A stretch of 62,401 nt of DNA, the filler included, from Sphacelaria rigidula (Eukaryota), in the NCBI GenBank assembly GCA_964200075.2. It is 10 parts of 10 records of this genome, joined end to end, with 100 filler letters (N's around TTAATTAATTAA, not from the genome) between each part and the next. Parts side by side here need not be neighbours in the genome. Positions count along the whole stretch, not along the records: positions 12,503 to 18,653 come from CAXNAA020021920.1; positions 18,754 to 24,904 come from CAXNAA020021921.1; positions 25,005 to 31,154 come from CAXNAA020021922.1; 7 more parts are not named here. One strand, written 5' to 3'. The translations under genes were made by a program, and so were the position numbers. Under the pieces are notes generated by a model. That model did no database searches and was not told where the DNA came from. It saw only the letters and a list, made by a program, of their open reading frames with translations. Numbering within the stretch: position 1 is the first letter of the stretch; each line of letters begins with the position of its first letter. Shown in pieces: positions 12,503 to 25,736 of this stretch.

Positions 12503-15500
12503 CACAGGCCAAATCTGGGGCGCCCGGCAAGATCACGTCTGCGAACGGCGCAAAGCGGTGGCTGTAGAAAGCCAATCGTTGTTGGACCGTGGCATGCACT
12601 AACCAGTTGTCCGCTGCTCGAGCGTCCGGCGCCCTCACCTCGAGGATCACCATGCTCTTGCGTCCCTGCATACAGCAGTAGTACCATACATACGTGTGGT
12701 GTACGCATATCAGACCGTTGGAATCGCTTACATACACTTATCCAAGGTGGAGCGGAAGCAACACACAAGAGACGGCACGGACTCTAGTACACATATCCAT
12801 GCTACTTTCGTACAGTATCTTGTGTAGATAATGGTGCACCAACATACTGAGGGCATGGCAGCCAGCCATACAAGCGTATTCAAAATATTTATATTGTGGA
12901 AAGGCGATTCCTTGACTGAGACAGATCCGGCATGTCTCCACAGCAGATTGAATTTCAGCCAGTTCAAAGCGACTTCGATTACCGAATACTGTCAATCTCG
13001 CAAGGAACTTCGGCATTCTTGGACTCAGCTATACCACACAAGAGGTTGTGTGTTCATGTACGAGTAGTGAAACAGCACGGACCTTCTTCATGGGGGACAG
13101 CACGGTGAAGCACGTATCGTCGCCGCTCTTGCACCCTCGCTCCAACACCATGCCATCCAGGGATATACCCTGCACACACATATGGCACATGGCACATGAT
13201 ACATGACCTAAGACACGCCCTGTTGAAATACCGTGACAAGGCTTCGTATCCGCTTCCCCCCCGCTGCCCGGAAGAGTCATGAGACCCGACAAAATACAAA
13301 AATGCACCACATGAAAGCATTGCACGGTGCAGTACACCCTCTTGCCTGACACCAAAGGCCCAGCTATCATTAGTGTCCACCTCATGGGTAGAACAACATT
13401 CCAACATTTCACAGGGGACGGTCATTTCCGACTCGCCGCCGGGTATATGTGGTCCAATCACTGGTCCATCGCCCTTCGGTCGGTACTGCTGCGGTACTTC
13501 TTGAAAGAAGGCGAAAAACGATTGCCGGGGGAAAAAAAGAGGGGGAAATCCTAGACGATAACGGCTCAAGGACAACACAACACACGACTCTCTACAGCGG
13601 GAGAGCGCTGAAAGGATCACATCCAGAGTACATGATACCTACAACAGTACTGGGCGATCTAACTAGTCAGGGGTGTCTCGGGGGTTTTCCTCGCGTACTA
13701 ATCTTTGATAGAACTCGAAGTTGCTAGCGTCGGTAGATTATTGGAACAACTAAAAGATCACCCACGAAACACATTACCCAACTCAGTGTTGGTTGGTGTT
13801 ATTGGGCGATACGAATAAATACCCTTTTATCAGGAGGGTGTTATTGACGGTGGAACACAGCTTTTCGACTCTAGTGCGATGAGTGGGTAGAACTTGAAAA
13901 CGAAACTGTACATTTCTTCACAAATATGATCGAGACAGCCTCGATCGACCGAAAATACCGAAGAGTAAGAATCTGGGCTGAAACGTGGCAGGACCCCCGA
14001 TGACCGGTCAGCCCGTAACTCACTCAACATTGAGTACAGATGATTTTGTTTCTTGGAATGTAAAGCGGATACACATGTCTTCAGATCACCAATGTGATAG
14101 GCGGTGGCAAGCGAAAAGATGTCAAGAAAATCGTTAATTACGAAAAAATCACAAAATGCCACAAAATGAATAGTTAGACCGCCCACTACTGTCAGCGAAA
14201 TATCAAACCATAAACGCACACGCTCGCACACAAAACGAGATTTTCTTTTCATGAAAAAACAAGCACTTGCATAGAGGAGTCTTAATTAGGGACCTGTTCT
14301 GTCTTCTCCCACGTCTCCGAATTTGTTAGAAAAGAAAAAAAACTCTCTCCGAAAAAATGTGAGGGTAGAGTTGTCAAACAGGTCAGGCAATAGATCAAAA
14401 TCCAAATCTGACTGCCCATTTCTCTGAGAATCCAACACCGTACGTTTCTCTCAGCGATTTTGCAAGGGACGTTTCGGGAAAATACTCTAATTTATCGGAA
14501 TATGCCGAAAATTGTGGATAGTAATACCCTGAAGGCAGACGAGAAACTCCTATGAAAACACAATCATAGTCCATCTCGTACGAACAGTAGAAATCGCCGA
14601 AATATTTTTTATTAGTTGTATGACGAAGGAACAACGACCAAAGGAGCACCGAATTGTGACCCATTGACATCAAGAAATGGTAACCCATCAACATACCGTA
14701 CGGAATTTAGAACCAACTGGTGGACGGAAAAGGAAGCTCACCTACAGGGCGAAAAAATAATACCGTGAGAGCACAACGACATCATTCCTCTAGAAATCAA
14801 ACAGCTACATATTTCGCAACCAAGCAAGCGCCTTGAATTCCGGTGCAGGTCGCATGCCGCCATACACTAGAACAATCATCCCCCATTCTAGCTGTACCGC
14901 ATCCAAGTGCCATCCTACGCTATACCTTCTGCTTATGGATCTCGCCGTGAGGAGAGCTTACTGTCATGAGACCGCGAGCCATAGAAAGCTGCTTCCTCTT
15001 CCACGTCCTGATGATGGAGCCCTCGCGGACCTCGACGTCTCCCTGATGTTTCCCCGAAGAGAAGCAAACATGTTGGTAGGCTCGAGATGAGTACAGTCAT
15101 CGGTCATCGGTCAGACACGGTGTTGAGGGGGTGACAACAAGATCGGAGCGGTATGTATGCATCTTCACCACCACTGATATGTACTCTGTGCCCTCGAGCT
15201 GTCGGAGGAGGAGGTGGCCTATACATATACAGCATGAGCACACACCACCGCCCCTCGGTGATATGATAACTCGAAGGACCTCAAGGGCAGAACGTGCGAT
15301 AAGAGTGGATATGGTGCGGGAGTGTTGGCAAAAGGCCAGGCAAGTCAGGCATATACCGGAGGAGAGGCGGCGTCTCGATCCCTCGAGGCTACGGTAGTAC
15401 TCATCCGGACGAGGTGGAGCGGTTGCACCCATGATCAAAGTATCGAAGTACACGCCGAGAAGAATACTCTTCATGAAGAGGCATCCACTGCATTCAACTG

Positions 15501-15730
15501 CTGCTACTAAAATACCCTCACATACCACCACGGCTACAACTCCACACCCCGCAGACGCAGACACGAGCCTGACCGCGTCCTTGTCTTTGTCCATAACCGT
15601 ATCAAGTATGCATACTCACGTGAACGGTCTTGTCGTCATCCCTTTTGACGTACTCCAGCATCAAGTTCATCACTCCGACCTCGTGCGGTTCCCCGGAGAA
15701 CATCGCGACCCTCCTGAGCTCTTCCAGGTG
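12503..15730 (-). CDS. PH-domain-containing protein, internal fragment (6 exons)
   Basis: Phase-compatible exons: 15620-15730 (HLEELRRVAMFSGEPHEVGVMNLMLEYVKRDDDKTVH), 15357-15468, ~15169-15218, 14926-15042 (GDVEVREGSIIRTWKRKQLSMARGLMTVSSPHGEIHKQK), 13083-13169 (GISLDGMVLERGCKSGDDTCFTVLSPMKK) and 12665 to the contig end (GRKSMVILEVRAPDARAADNWLVHATVQQ...). The last three give the PH pattern G..V..G....W.R...I.L...F.V...RA.....W. Confidence 0.7.
13830..14694 (-). pseudogene. Decayed, intronless, AT-rich ORF (~290 codons) nested in an intron; origin unknown, possibly viral or TE
   Basis: ORFs 14395-14694 and 13830-14252 join through one frameshift near 14400 and one in-frame TAA at 14286-14288. 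They lie inside intron 13170-14925 of the PH gene. Confidence 0.4.
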
Positions 15731-17194
15731 CTAACAACACAGTAGCACGAGCGCCCGAAATACGTGGGCAAACAACAGAAAGACGCGGAAGGTGTGTTAT
15801 CTTACCTCGGGTGCGTGCACATGGTTGTTGCGCAGTTGAGTAGATCAATGCGTCCTGCCTACAGTAGCCCGAATGGTCACATGAAACATTGGAACTAAGG
15901 CGAATAGCAGTTTCCCCCCCCCCCTCTTCTTTTTCCATGCTGATATTATCATTACTTTCGTTTGTTTGCTTATTTCTTGTACCACGTCTGTGTGAATTTT
16001 TCCGGGTCCGACTCCATTTTTTTTTTTTATCACCCTTTTCTGGGGTAGTTAGCCTATGACCACGGAAGGCGTCCGCATCAGATGTCGGAACGGTTTTTCA
16101 TGTATCGATGACATCAACATCAGAACTTGATTACCTACTATATGCGCTTGAGCGCCAGACACCACCGTCCGACCACACTAATGAAAAGTAGATGGACCCC
16201 CTGCGAACTACTGTAGTGAAAAACAGTCCGTCACCTTAGGGTATAGTGGTTGAACATAATACAGTACATGAAGCAAAGGACATGCGTTCACCTACGGCTC
16301 TGTTTTCAGCCCATTATTATCGACGCGCTATTTTCGGACATCTCAGAAATTTCTAGATTCTTCGGACGCTGCGTTCAGACTTCTTCGAAAACGAAGCGAC
16401 GAAAAATTCGCACTGCAAACGCAGCACTCCGGAGAGCTGCCGTGTGTGTACGCTTTGGCGCTCACGAGCATTCAAAAGTCATTAGTTACCTTGCCAGTCC
16501 CACAAGTTCCGGACACCAACTCTAATGGGAGCCGTTCAGGAATCCTGCTTTTTGGACCCTTCTCCGTCGTGTCACGCCTGAAAAGAGGGCTATAAATAGG
16601 CGGATGTGGGCACCTTGGAATGGCTCGCTCTACTCGTTGAGACCGTTCCAGGGCCACTTTGCATTTCCCGCTGGCCGCAGTTTTATTTTAGCCGAACTTG
16701 CATTTTCAATAACAAACGGTCAAGTGATGAAAAAAAAGGGGGGAAACTGCCAGTATTTTGATCCCCTGACCGTTTTATATTAAAGATGCAAGTTTGGCCA
16801 AAAACATCGAAAACTTGCTCTCCCACGGTACTTTTTCGATCGACAGAAGATGTGCCAAAACACGTCCTGAGGCTACTTCTTATGTGTAAAAAAAAGTGTA
16901 TAAAAAAACGCGTTTTGTGATAAATGACCAAAAAACCACTCATTATGTGGGCAGAAAACGCACTTTCTGGTGGAATATTTTTTGATAACTTTTTCCGATA
17001 GCCCAAATTTATCAGAAAATCAGGATTCTCCGATAACCTCGGGCTACCGAATAATGTTATCGAAAACGCGTTTGAACATCGTTTGAAGACACCTTACAGC
17101 CCACGACAGCAGCCATGATGGCTTGGCTGTCATCACCACTGCTGTCGTTGGTGCTCGCGGGCAGTCAGCGTTTTGCTTTGTTATCCTTCGCTCG

Positions 17195-17406
17195 CCAGTA
17201 TAGATTATCACTTGGGTATGGCCTTGATACTCTACTCAAAATTTGAGTAGTTCGAGTGCGGCCTCTAATAGTTGACTCAATTTTTGCGTAAGCACTCTCG
17301 GTAGTACTCGAGTGTAAAGTTTGACTTGGGTATGACCTCATTACTCGAATCACTTTTTGGGTAGATTGAGCAGATGACCGCAAATACTCTACTCGACCTG
17401 CCCTTG
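17195..17406. mobile_element. Right-end fragment of the hAT-like element family seen at 29614-31148
   Basis: Contains tactctactcaaaatttgagtag units and ends in TACTCTACTCGACCTGCCCTTG, matching the TIR at 31127-31148. Confidence 0.75.
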
Positions 17407-17597
17407 CACGCTGCACTACTCGTACGGCATATGTATCACCATGACGAACGGTACTGTAACAAATGCTACTGTATTAGTAAGACACGCTCTAGAGCTAAGC
17501 TTTGTCGATCGAAAACATGCAGTGGAAAGGCACGAAGCGGCACTTGACTCCCACCTACGGGCTGGTTCACAGTGATCACCTAAAAAACACTCATCGG

Positions 17598-18270
17598 CAA
17601 AACCTCACGCCGTTTTAAGGAGTTAAATCCTGAATTTTTGCACAGATGTTCTATGGGTCATTACGCAACTTCGAAGAACGAGTTTTTATTTTTACTTCTT
17701 GACTTTTTTTCACCGTTTTTCGATGGTCCCCATTTTCTTGGGAAAACATTGATTCAATCAGACCCCCGTAAAACGGTGCGTAAAAAAACTCGTTCTTCCA
17801 AAGTTGCGGATCACCCATAGCGTAGTTGTGCAACACTTCAGGGTTCAGGGTCTAACTCCTCAAGACGGCGTGAGGTTTTTCGCTTTTGTGCGATGAATCT
17901 TGGCGTACCGAACTACGACCTACTTGATTTTTTTTACCAAAACGGCGTTTTTGGGCCTTCCTTGACGAGAACATGAAAATTCAAGCATCAGTTGATCGAT
18001 TTTTGCGACCACGTTGTGTGGGGCGCTTCCTTGGGTCACGCGGCGACATATCGTGCGCGAAAAAGATGAAAAACATATTGTCGTGCCGGTTTTCCGGGGT
18101 TCCAGAATGGAGACTACTTTGAAAAACGACTTGGATCCTGTCGGACACACAGAAAACGGTGAAAACCTCAACAAGTAAAAAAACCTCGCCCGTAGAAAGT
18201 TGCGTGATGATGCATGGCATGTTTGTGCAAAGTTTCAGGATCTAACTCCTAATAACGGCGTGAAGGTTTG
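17598..18270. mobile_element. Fold-back/MITE-like element with ~95-bp inverted arms
   Basis: Arm aaaacctcacgccgttttaaggagttaaatcctgaa...gcaacttcgaagaacgagttttt (17598-17690) is inverted at 17780-17880 and again at 18175-18270. Confidence 0.6.
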
Positions 18271-20129
18271 CGACGACAATAAAAAGATAACCTTGCCGAT
18301 CGAAGGCCATTGCGGACGATAATATTGGCATCTGCTGCAGCAGAATTCTATTGCTATTGCAATACAGGCTGGGCCGCCTAAGAAGGGGACTTTCTTTCAG
18401 CCGGTTCTAATTGACGTTCTATCGCGAGTCGTGCCTACTATGACACATCATGGTAACCTGCAAATCAACGCGCGTCTTCCACTTTACGTAGCACTGCGAT
18501 GTGACGAGTTCCCATCAAACGAAATGCCAAACTGTAGTCAGATGCGAAGTGTAGAGAGTTGAGGGTGGCATGTGCGGCGGAATTAGGGGGGGAAAGCGGC
18601 TGACATCGCATTTACGGTTACAGTCGGTTTTGCCGCGGCCGCAAAGTGATGGTNNNNNNNNNNNNNNNNNNNNNNNNNNNNNNNNNNNNNNNNNNNNTTA
18701 ATTAATTAANNNNNNNNNNNNNNNNNNNNNNNNNNNNNNNNNNNNNNNNNNNNCCAGTGATTGGTCGCTGCGATACCACCCCCCTCCCCCCCCACAAAAA
18801 AAAAAAGTCCCCTCAATGTGCACAGAAATCCCCTCTAGAGAGAGGATTTCAGGAAGTTCAAAACCACTTCCTGAAATCTCCCTTTCAAAGGGGGATTTTC
18901 GGACACCTTGAAGGGGAACATACGTGTCCGGTTGACAGGGGCACATGCAAAGGCTCACCACACAGCCTAACACAATCAGAGCTGAATCTGAGGAACTTGG
19001 TGGCCCCGCAAACCGAAAATACACAGCTCAAGCCCTAGCTACTCATCAGCTGTGCACGTTGTTCGTGACCTTGCTCAAATCTGTTCAGAATTCATTTAGA
19101 AATGATGATTTGTGTGAGACGCGCGCGCAGAACACGCTTACAAAACGGTCAGCAACGACACGTTTTCGGTTGTTTTTGACGCGCAAGCGGCCGCCACTCG
19201 TCCAAGACAGAACGGATTTTCGTCAAACAAAGACTGTCGTGTGTAGGTTAACAAGACCTACCAGTGAAACTAATGCGCGTGATTGGTGAGTGTTTGTGCG
19301 TGTTTTTTCGGGGCTGGGTGTGTAGGTGTTGTGTTACCTTGTTGTGCATTGTCCGCAGCATTACACAGACCTTGGACCTGCTTGGTTTAACGACCACTTC
19401 TAGACCCGCCGCGTTTCTCAACCTGTGTGCAGATCTGGGTTCCAATTTGTACAAAACTGCTTGTCGATAGGGCTCGAGACTGGTCGTTATGGGGCCAATC
19501 CCCTGTCAAAAGGGGATTGTGAAAAAGGGGATAATCCCCTTCGTTAAGAAGGGCCCTAACAAGTACAGGAGTTTCCACTAGCTTGCGATACGTTGAAAGT
19601 GAGCGTTGGATTATGACAGTTATCCAGGATGGAAAGTAGGATTAGTTCCTCCGCCCCGTCCCCGTCCCCGTTTTTGTATTCATGAACATGATAAAACGTG
19701 GCGACTTTTGAGCGAAAAACTAGATGAAATGTGGGAGTCTGGCTGTGCACCTGCACTTGGCAACGCTTACGTATACTTGCTGGCGAACAGCGCTTTTTCT
19801 TGGATAGGCGGCAGCGAAAACGTGCGAAATGTTCAATTAGATCTCGGGTCATTATCTGCTCCGAGTCTGGGTGGACAAGCTGTCCGGACCGCTTCGGCAC
19901 CGATGAAGCACTCGTCGCTATCGGCATGTGCGATCACACGAAACCGTAGCAGCCATCCCCAGAATAATGTAGAAGTTGAAGGCAGTTAGCAGTATGGCAG
20001 ATCAGCCGAAACATTCAACACTGTCGGTTGCTGCCAATACACTTTCTGTGTGTCCCCAATCCCTAAGCGGCCATATTGTCCACCTCGTGGCGTACGTGTT
20101 ATTTTCCACTGTGGCTTGCGACATGACAG

Positions 20130-23100
20130 CTTTTGCACTGCATAAGTTTCGACGACAAGGTGAAAGGAGGAGAGTCGACATTCTTGGATGTCTTCGAAGC
20201 AGCCAAGCAGTTCAGGAAAGAACAACCAGAAATGTTCGAGGTATGTTTGACAATGACTCGTGTGGTATGATGTGTGCGGGTATTTTGCAGGGGGGTGCAT
20301 CGACACAATCTATGTGCGCTCTATCGTCTACTCTGTTGCTTTAGAATGTGGTTTTGAAAGGTGCAGTGTTTACTGTTTCCGTTATTTTTCTCCTTCCCTG
20401 TCCTTACCCATTCGTCCCCTCTGGGAAGGTGGTTTGGAACCTTTTTGAGTCAAGTTGGTGTGTTTTTTTCATGCGTGTGGGGGTCCATTTGGAGACTGTG
20501 CCAGTACAGCGTTTGATTCGGTTGGTTTTTCAGCTGTTCAGTTGGTTAGGCTGTTCGGTTGTGGTTGATTGGTTTATTGACTGGTTGGTGAGTATTTCTG
20601 ACTGATTGGCTAGTGAAGTGATTGGTTGTTTTATTGACTGGGTGATCGCTGGTTGATGGGTTGACTGACCAAGAGAGTGGGTAATCGCTTCGTTAGCTGT
20701 TTCGCAGCCTACCGGCGAAGACGCGGGTTATTCCCCGGTGGTATTACTCGCCTCATCAGGGTTGCTGCGTGGGTTTACCTCAGAAAGTATGGCGCCAACT
20801 CTTGCAACGAATGGAGCGCGAGGCGCAGCTAGCTGCATGATGCAACCGCAATCAACGCCCTACGCCGTCCGCCTCACGTTTCACTTCCCCATACAAGTAC
20901 GTGAAATTCAAAACGTTTACTCGCACTGTACGAGCTGGGCCGGCCGCGAATCTCGTACTCCTTCGACACACGATATACTCTTTTCAGTTACCTGAATCGA
21001 CCCCATTGAGGTATATCGCTGTGAACTAACTGCTGACTAACATGATGATGCACGCTCTTCCGCTGTCCTATTGGCGCAGTTTTTTCGGCGATGAGGTCCT
21101 TGTACACTGCATTGACTACCGGCAGTGCGTCTCATGCCGTGGCGTGAAACCGTGTTGATTTGTTGTTGTTGTTGTTGTTGTTGTTGTTATGGTGGTGGTG
21201 GTGGTATAAGCGCCGGCAGATTACTTTGAACAATTATACCGCACCGGGCATGTGACAACTTGGACACGCACAGTCAAAAGCGCACTCGTAATGCTGCGCG
21301 ATGGCATCAAGCTCAGCAGCAGCTCCAGCGTGGGAGAAGACCTCCGAGCCGATTGTTACATCTACAACGAGCGCGGGCACATATAGTTTTGGAAAGTACG
21401 GTACACTCGGCCCCAAAATAAGACCACGAACAGAATGTTCCGCCGTAAGAAATCACCTCAGCGACGGAAAGCAGGTTCTGCTAGAATCGAAATATCTGTC
21501 GGGATTCGAACTTGTGACCTCCGCATCTGGAGGCTCCTGCACCAGTAACAGAACATGGGGGCGCAGCGAGTTCACACAAAAAGTGTAATCCCACGCCAAA
21601 TTTTTGGGAGTTTTGAGCCGAATTTGATTTTACAATAACCTTATTTTGCACGCAAGTTCGAAAGTCTTCACGGAAGCAACCAGAGCTTTAGCTTTGAATC
21701 GTTTTCAAGGAGGTATCCCCTTTTGTTTCTAGATTCCAAATAGCTTCAAGTATCTGTTTTTGTTTCCCTTCTTTCCTTGGTTGCTTTCGCTACTTTCCGC
21801 GTGTTGATGATGGAAATTTCGTGCAGAAATTCAGCTTCGAACTCCTGAAATTCAGCAGGGCAACACTGTTCAACCCTCACCAGGAATTCTCCGCTGGCCT
21901 AGCTCGTACTTCCATCCCGTGAAGAAAGATCAGTCTGCTCATTGTAGGTGTCGTTGGGGATGGCCCGTTTTACCCACACTTTTTCAGTGCCCTCCTCATT
22001 TCGTTTGCCGTTCAGTCTTCGAAGGCCTAAGGACCCGTGACGTATATCTGTGCCCCAGGATTGAAACACGAACCCAATACCTACAGTAGCGCGATCTGTT
22101 CCACCCCGCCGCCGCTTGAAGTAAGTAGATCGTGTTGTAACCGCTCATTATTTCAGAGGTTATCTTCCGCAAACCGATCAGAATTTTGTCTCTGAGGCAT
22201 ATAAATACCGCGATTTTGACTCGAAACGTTGGTGCCCGGAACTCCATGTTCGGGCTACTTCCTTCTGCATCAATATAGATATATACATAACAGTGCGTAT
22301 GTTGAATTATGACAAATATGTACATATATTATGCCATACTCCAAAATGCACCTAACAATCAACTCCATCACTAGGGCAAACCAGAAGAGTCCTACTACTC
22401 TCTGCCCCGGCTGTGGCCTGCTTGGGGCAGCATACCCCCCTTTCCCCCGTCACCCCCCGCGCACCCACGCTCTCTCACTATTCAATAGGGAGTTGTAGTG
22501 GAGTTCCAGTGGTGATTTATTATGGACAGAGTTTTCGCCGGATTGAGATTGCAGTGTTGATTGAGAGTGACGTTTATGATTCCCCCCAACTTGATTATGT
22601 TTTTGGTCTCGTATATGTTTTTTTTTGGCTTGTAAGTAACACTATCGTGTGCGTACAGGCTACTACTCCGGGTTATCAGAGGCTTCAATGGTAAGCTACC
22701 ACGGAAAGACTATGAGGAGGCCTCATGTAAGGCCTGGAGAGGCATTTCGGAATTGAAAGTGTTTCAGGCTTTGATCGACCATTCCTAGAAATTCAGTCTC
22801 GGATTCCTGCCGATTCACGAGGTCGCTGCAACAAAAATGTACCATAAGATCCATCTTACGGCTATTATAAGAGGTTTCATTCGAGCAGCTCCACTCCTGG
22901 CTTGGCGGAGTTATTCCCCGAGAAACACCAGTTGGTATATATATATATATATATATTTATTTTCAAATATTTGGGGTTTCCCTCTCAATCAAACGGAGAG
23001 TCTGAGTCAATTTGCCGAAAACCCTGTTTCTATTGTTTTGTATGGTGCATTATTCGTTGGCTTGCTGTGTTTACGATTTGCTTGGTTTTGCTGCTGGTTG

Positions 23101-23826
23101 AATACTCGTGGTGTATCTGTTTTTGAACATACACGGTACGCGGAACATTCACAATCTGATTGCTGTAGTAGACGTTGATGAGCATGTACGTCTACACATA
23201 CAACGTTTGTTCTCGGCACAACGGAGACGGCAAACGAAGGCAGAAAAGCCCGTCCTCGTGCGGGATACATATGTGTACTTTACAAAAACTCCCTCGTGTT
23301 CTTCTTAGAAATAACTCGTCTGACAATTCTTCATTTTCATAGTTGATTCACTCCTGCAATTCCTTCTTTTGCTAATCGATCCATTCATTTTATCGTCCGC
23401 CTATTTATCCATTCATCAATCGATTCTCACCAGTAAATATTTGTTCGATAGATCGTCTTGGGGTTATCACCATCATTGTCTCATCATTCCTGGAACTCTC
23501 TTTTTCTGAGAGCAACGCTGGCCTTGCCGGTCTCTTCTGCTCTCGTTCTGTTGTACCGCGTGCCTTAATCGTTTGTCGCGCAGACGTTGTGTCGGGTGCC
23601 CGCCACATTCCAAAAAGTTCGCGCTGGGATTACAGGCGCCTCGCAGCAAGACAGGTATGTCGTACTCTTTTCACAAGAATGGATGCGTCTACATGCACAT
23701 TCAGGTTCCAACCCTTCGGGCGCGACTACCTCACCCTGATTTTCTTGTCCGTCCTTTTCTGTTCCTAACAGGAACAAGGACGCCCTATCCCCCGCGTACA
23801 TGGTGTACCAACGACCACACTTCCAG
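20130..23826 (+). CDS. TauD/TfdA-family 2-oxoglutarate dioxygenase (gamma-butyrobetaine hydroxylase/TMLH-like), internal fragment, 3 exons
   Basis: Exons 20130-20240 (LLHCISFDDKVKGGESTFLDVFEAAKQFRKEQPEMFE), 23584-23654 (TLCRVPATFQKVRAGITGASQQDR) and 23772-23826 (NKDALSPAYMVYQRPHFQ). All are GT-AG and phase-compatible. LLHC..GGES.F.D.F..A..LR...P..F..L..VP..F is the BBOX/TauD motif. Confidence 0.85.
21160..21206. repeat. (GTT)n/(GGT)n microsatellite
   Basis: Seen directly in the sequence. Confidence 0.85.
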
Positions 23827-25454
23827 GTAAAAGAGAGAGAGGGGGGTCGAACAGCGACAGCTGATTTTGTTTTGTTCTCAAGTCGTACGATGTATGACTT
23901 GATTCGTGTTCACGTGGGTCTTTACTGGTTTGGTTTCCGCGTGTCTTTTGTCTTTGGGCTGTGTCGAAAGCGGCCTCGGTGAGAGCTTTGATATTCAACT
24001 TCTTTTTTGCCCCTTTTTGTTTTTTCTCCCCGCATGAATTTGGACACGCATGGTTTGTAATCGTATTGAACGTTATCTCCACCCCCTCCCCGTGAGCGCG
24101 ATACCTCTTCTGGGACCAGTTTTTTTCACCTATTGGCTTTCATCGCCGGCAACGGTGACGCTACAGCTGAGCATTTTTTCCTTGTTTGAATGGACACCAC
24201 TACCCTCCTCCACCAATGGAAACATGCCAAAGTCGCTCAGGGTAGGGCACGTACCCTGAAGTGCCCTGGGTTCTTTTTCAGAACATTTTGAGCACCTAAG
24301 ACTCCAGGGCACGTGAGATATCAACTACCGAAGCTAGAGAGAACCCCGTAACACCAGGAGCATCGACAAAGAAATATTCAGTATGCCGTGGTACTCGCGG
24401 GAATATTGTACCCTGCGGTACCGTGTACACCTGTGGGTGATGATCCCTGGGACTGACGATAAGTTAGCGACAAATCATCTAGATAGTTCTACTGTCTTGC
24501 CTCCCGCCCCCTCCCCTTGCTCCAGGGTTGTCGGTCTCCCTTGTGTTTTTCGTATAGTTTGTCGTTTCATCGACCTTCGGTACGGACATTCCATTTTGGC
24601 CTCGTGCTGGTTGGTGCCTGGAGTTCCTATTACACCCTGGTTTCGGTGTTCTAAATCACAATGTTACGAGGTCCCAGGGATCATAACCCACCATTGGTCG
24701 GTTCGGCTAGGGCACAAGGCCGCGGGTTCGAATCCCGACATATACAATTTTCAGATGCATCGACTTTTTTTAGCATAACGTGGTGTTAACATGCATATGT
24801 GCACATGTACAAGCGTCAAGCTCCAAAGCTTGTTTTCGTTTTATTCAAGCACGCTTCCACCCCCAGCGCGCCCCACCTCCTCCCCCCAACCCACACTCTC
24901 ATTANNNNNNNNNNNNNNNNNNNNNNNNNNNNNNNNNNNNNNNNNNNNTTAATTAATTAANNNNNNNNNNNNNNNNNNNNNNNNNNNNNNNNNNNNNNNN
25001 NNNNCAACACAGGGTCAGCCCTGTGTTAGTGGGGGTCCGGTCCCAAAAGAGTTGAGCAGACCTAGGCAACGGGGTTTACGGTATAAGAACTCAGAATCAC
25101 AAGAGTCACCGCATGAATCCTGGTTGACAACGGACCGGTACGCTGTACCGACCCGTTCACTCGTTCTTCTAGCCTACCCTTGACCACGGTCGCATCCTTG
25201 CCCAAATGACAAGAAGGAGAATTACGCCTCGCTCTGGAGATCCCTCGGCAGCAGGGTACGACAACGTTCTTCTTCGGGACCCGTAAGTCTACTACCTCAC
25301 TCCTAGCGAAGCTTAGTTCATATGTCTCATTTTTTGGTTCATTATGCCCTAGCGAGGTCCCACACAAAATTCCACAACACAAGTACCTAACCTGGGCCTC
25401 TACGTGGCCAGCAAAATATTGTTGCGAATTTCGACCGGCGCGGTTTCTAAATCC

Positions 25455-25736
25455 CCCCACCTCACCTCAATTTTGAGAGTTGGGGTTTCAAATTTGGAAC
25501 GGAGAATGAATAGGACATGATAATGAAATCGAGACCATGACTTTTTTTTCCATGACGAGCTCACGACATTTTTTTCTCGGGCATGAGCTAACGGCATTTT
25601 ACTGAAAATGGTTACTGATTATTGCCTTCGAATAATAAAAAAAAGCTCGTGATCTCGTTCTTTTTCTTCGTCATGCCCTATCCATTCTCCGTGCCGAATT
25701 CGAAAGTCCTGCTCTCAAAGCTGAGGTGAGGCGGGG
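25455..25736. mobile_element. MITE with long imperfect terminal inverted repeats
   Basis: ccccacctcacctcaattttgagag...ggaacggagaatgaataggacatga pairs with tcatgccctatccattctccgtgcc...ctctcaaagctgaggtgaggcgggg. Confidence 0.65.

Noticed and set aside
21240..21361. Minus-strand exon with a post-SET-like F.C.C..C motif (AFDCACPSC)
   Set aside because: It is isolated, lies antisense within an intron of the TauD gene, and has no partner exons.
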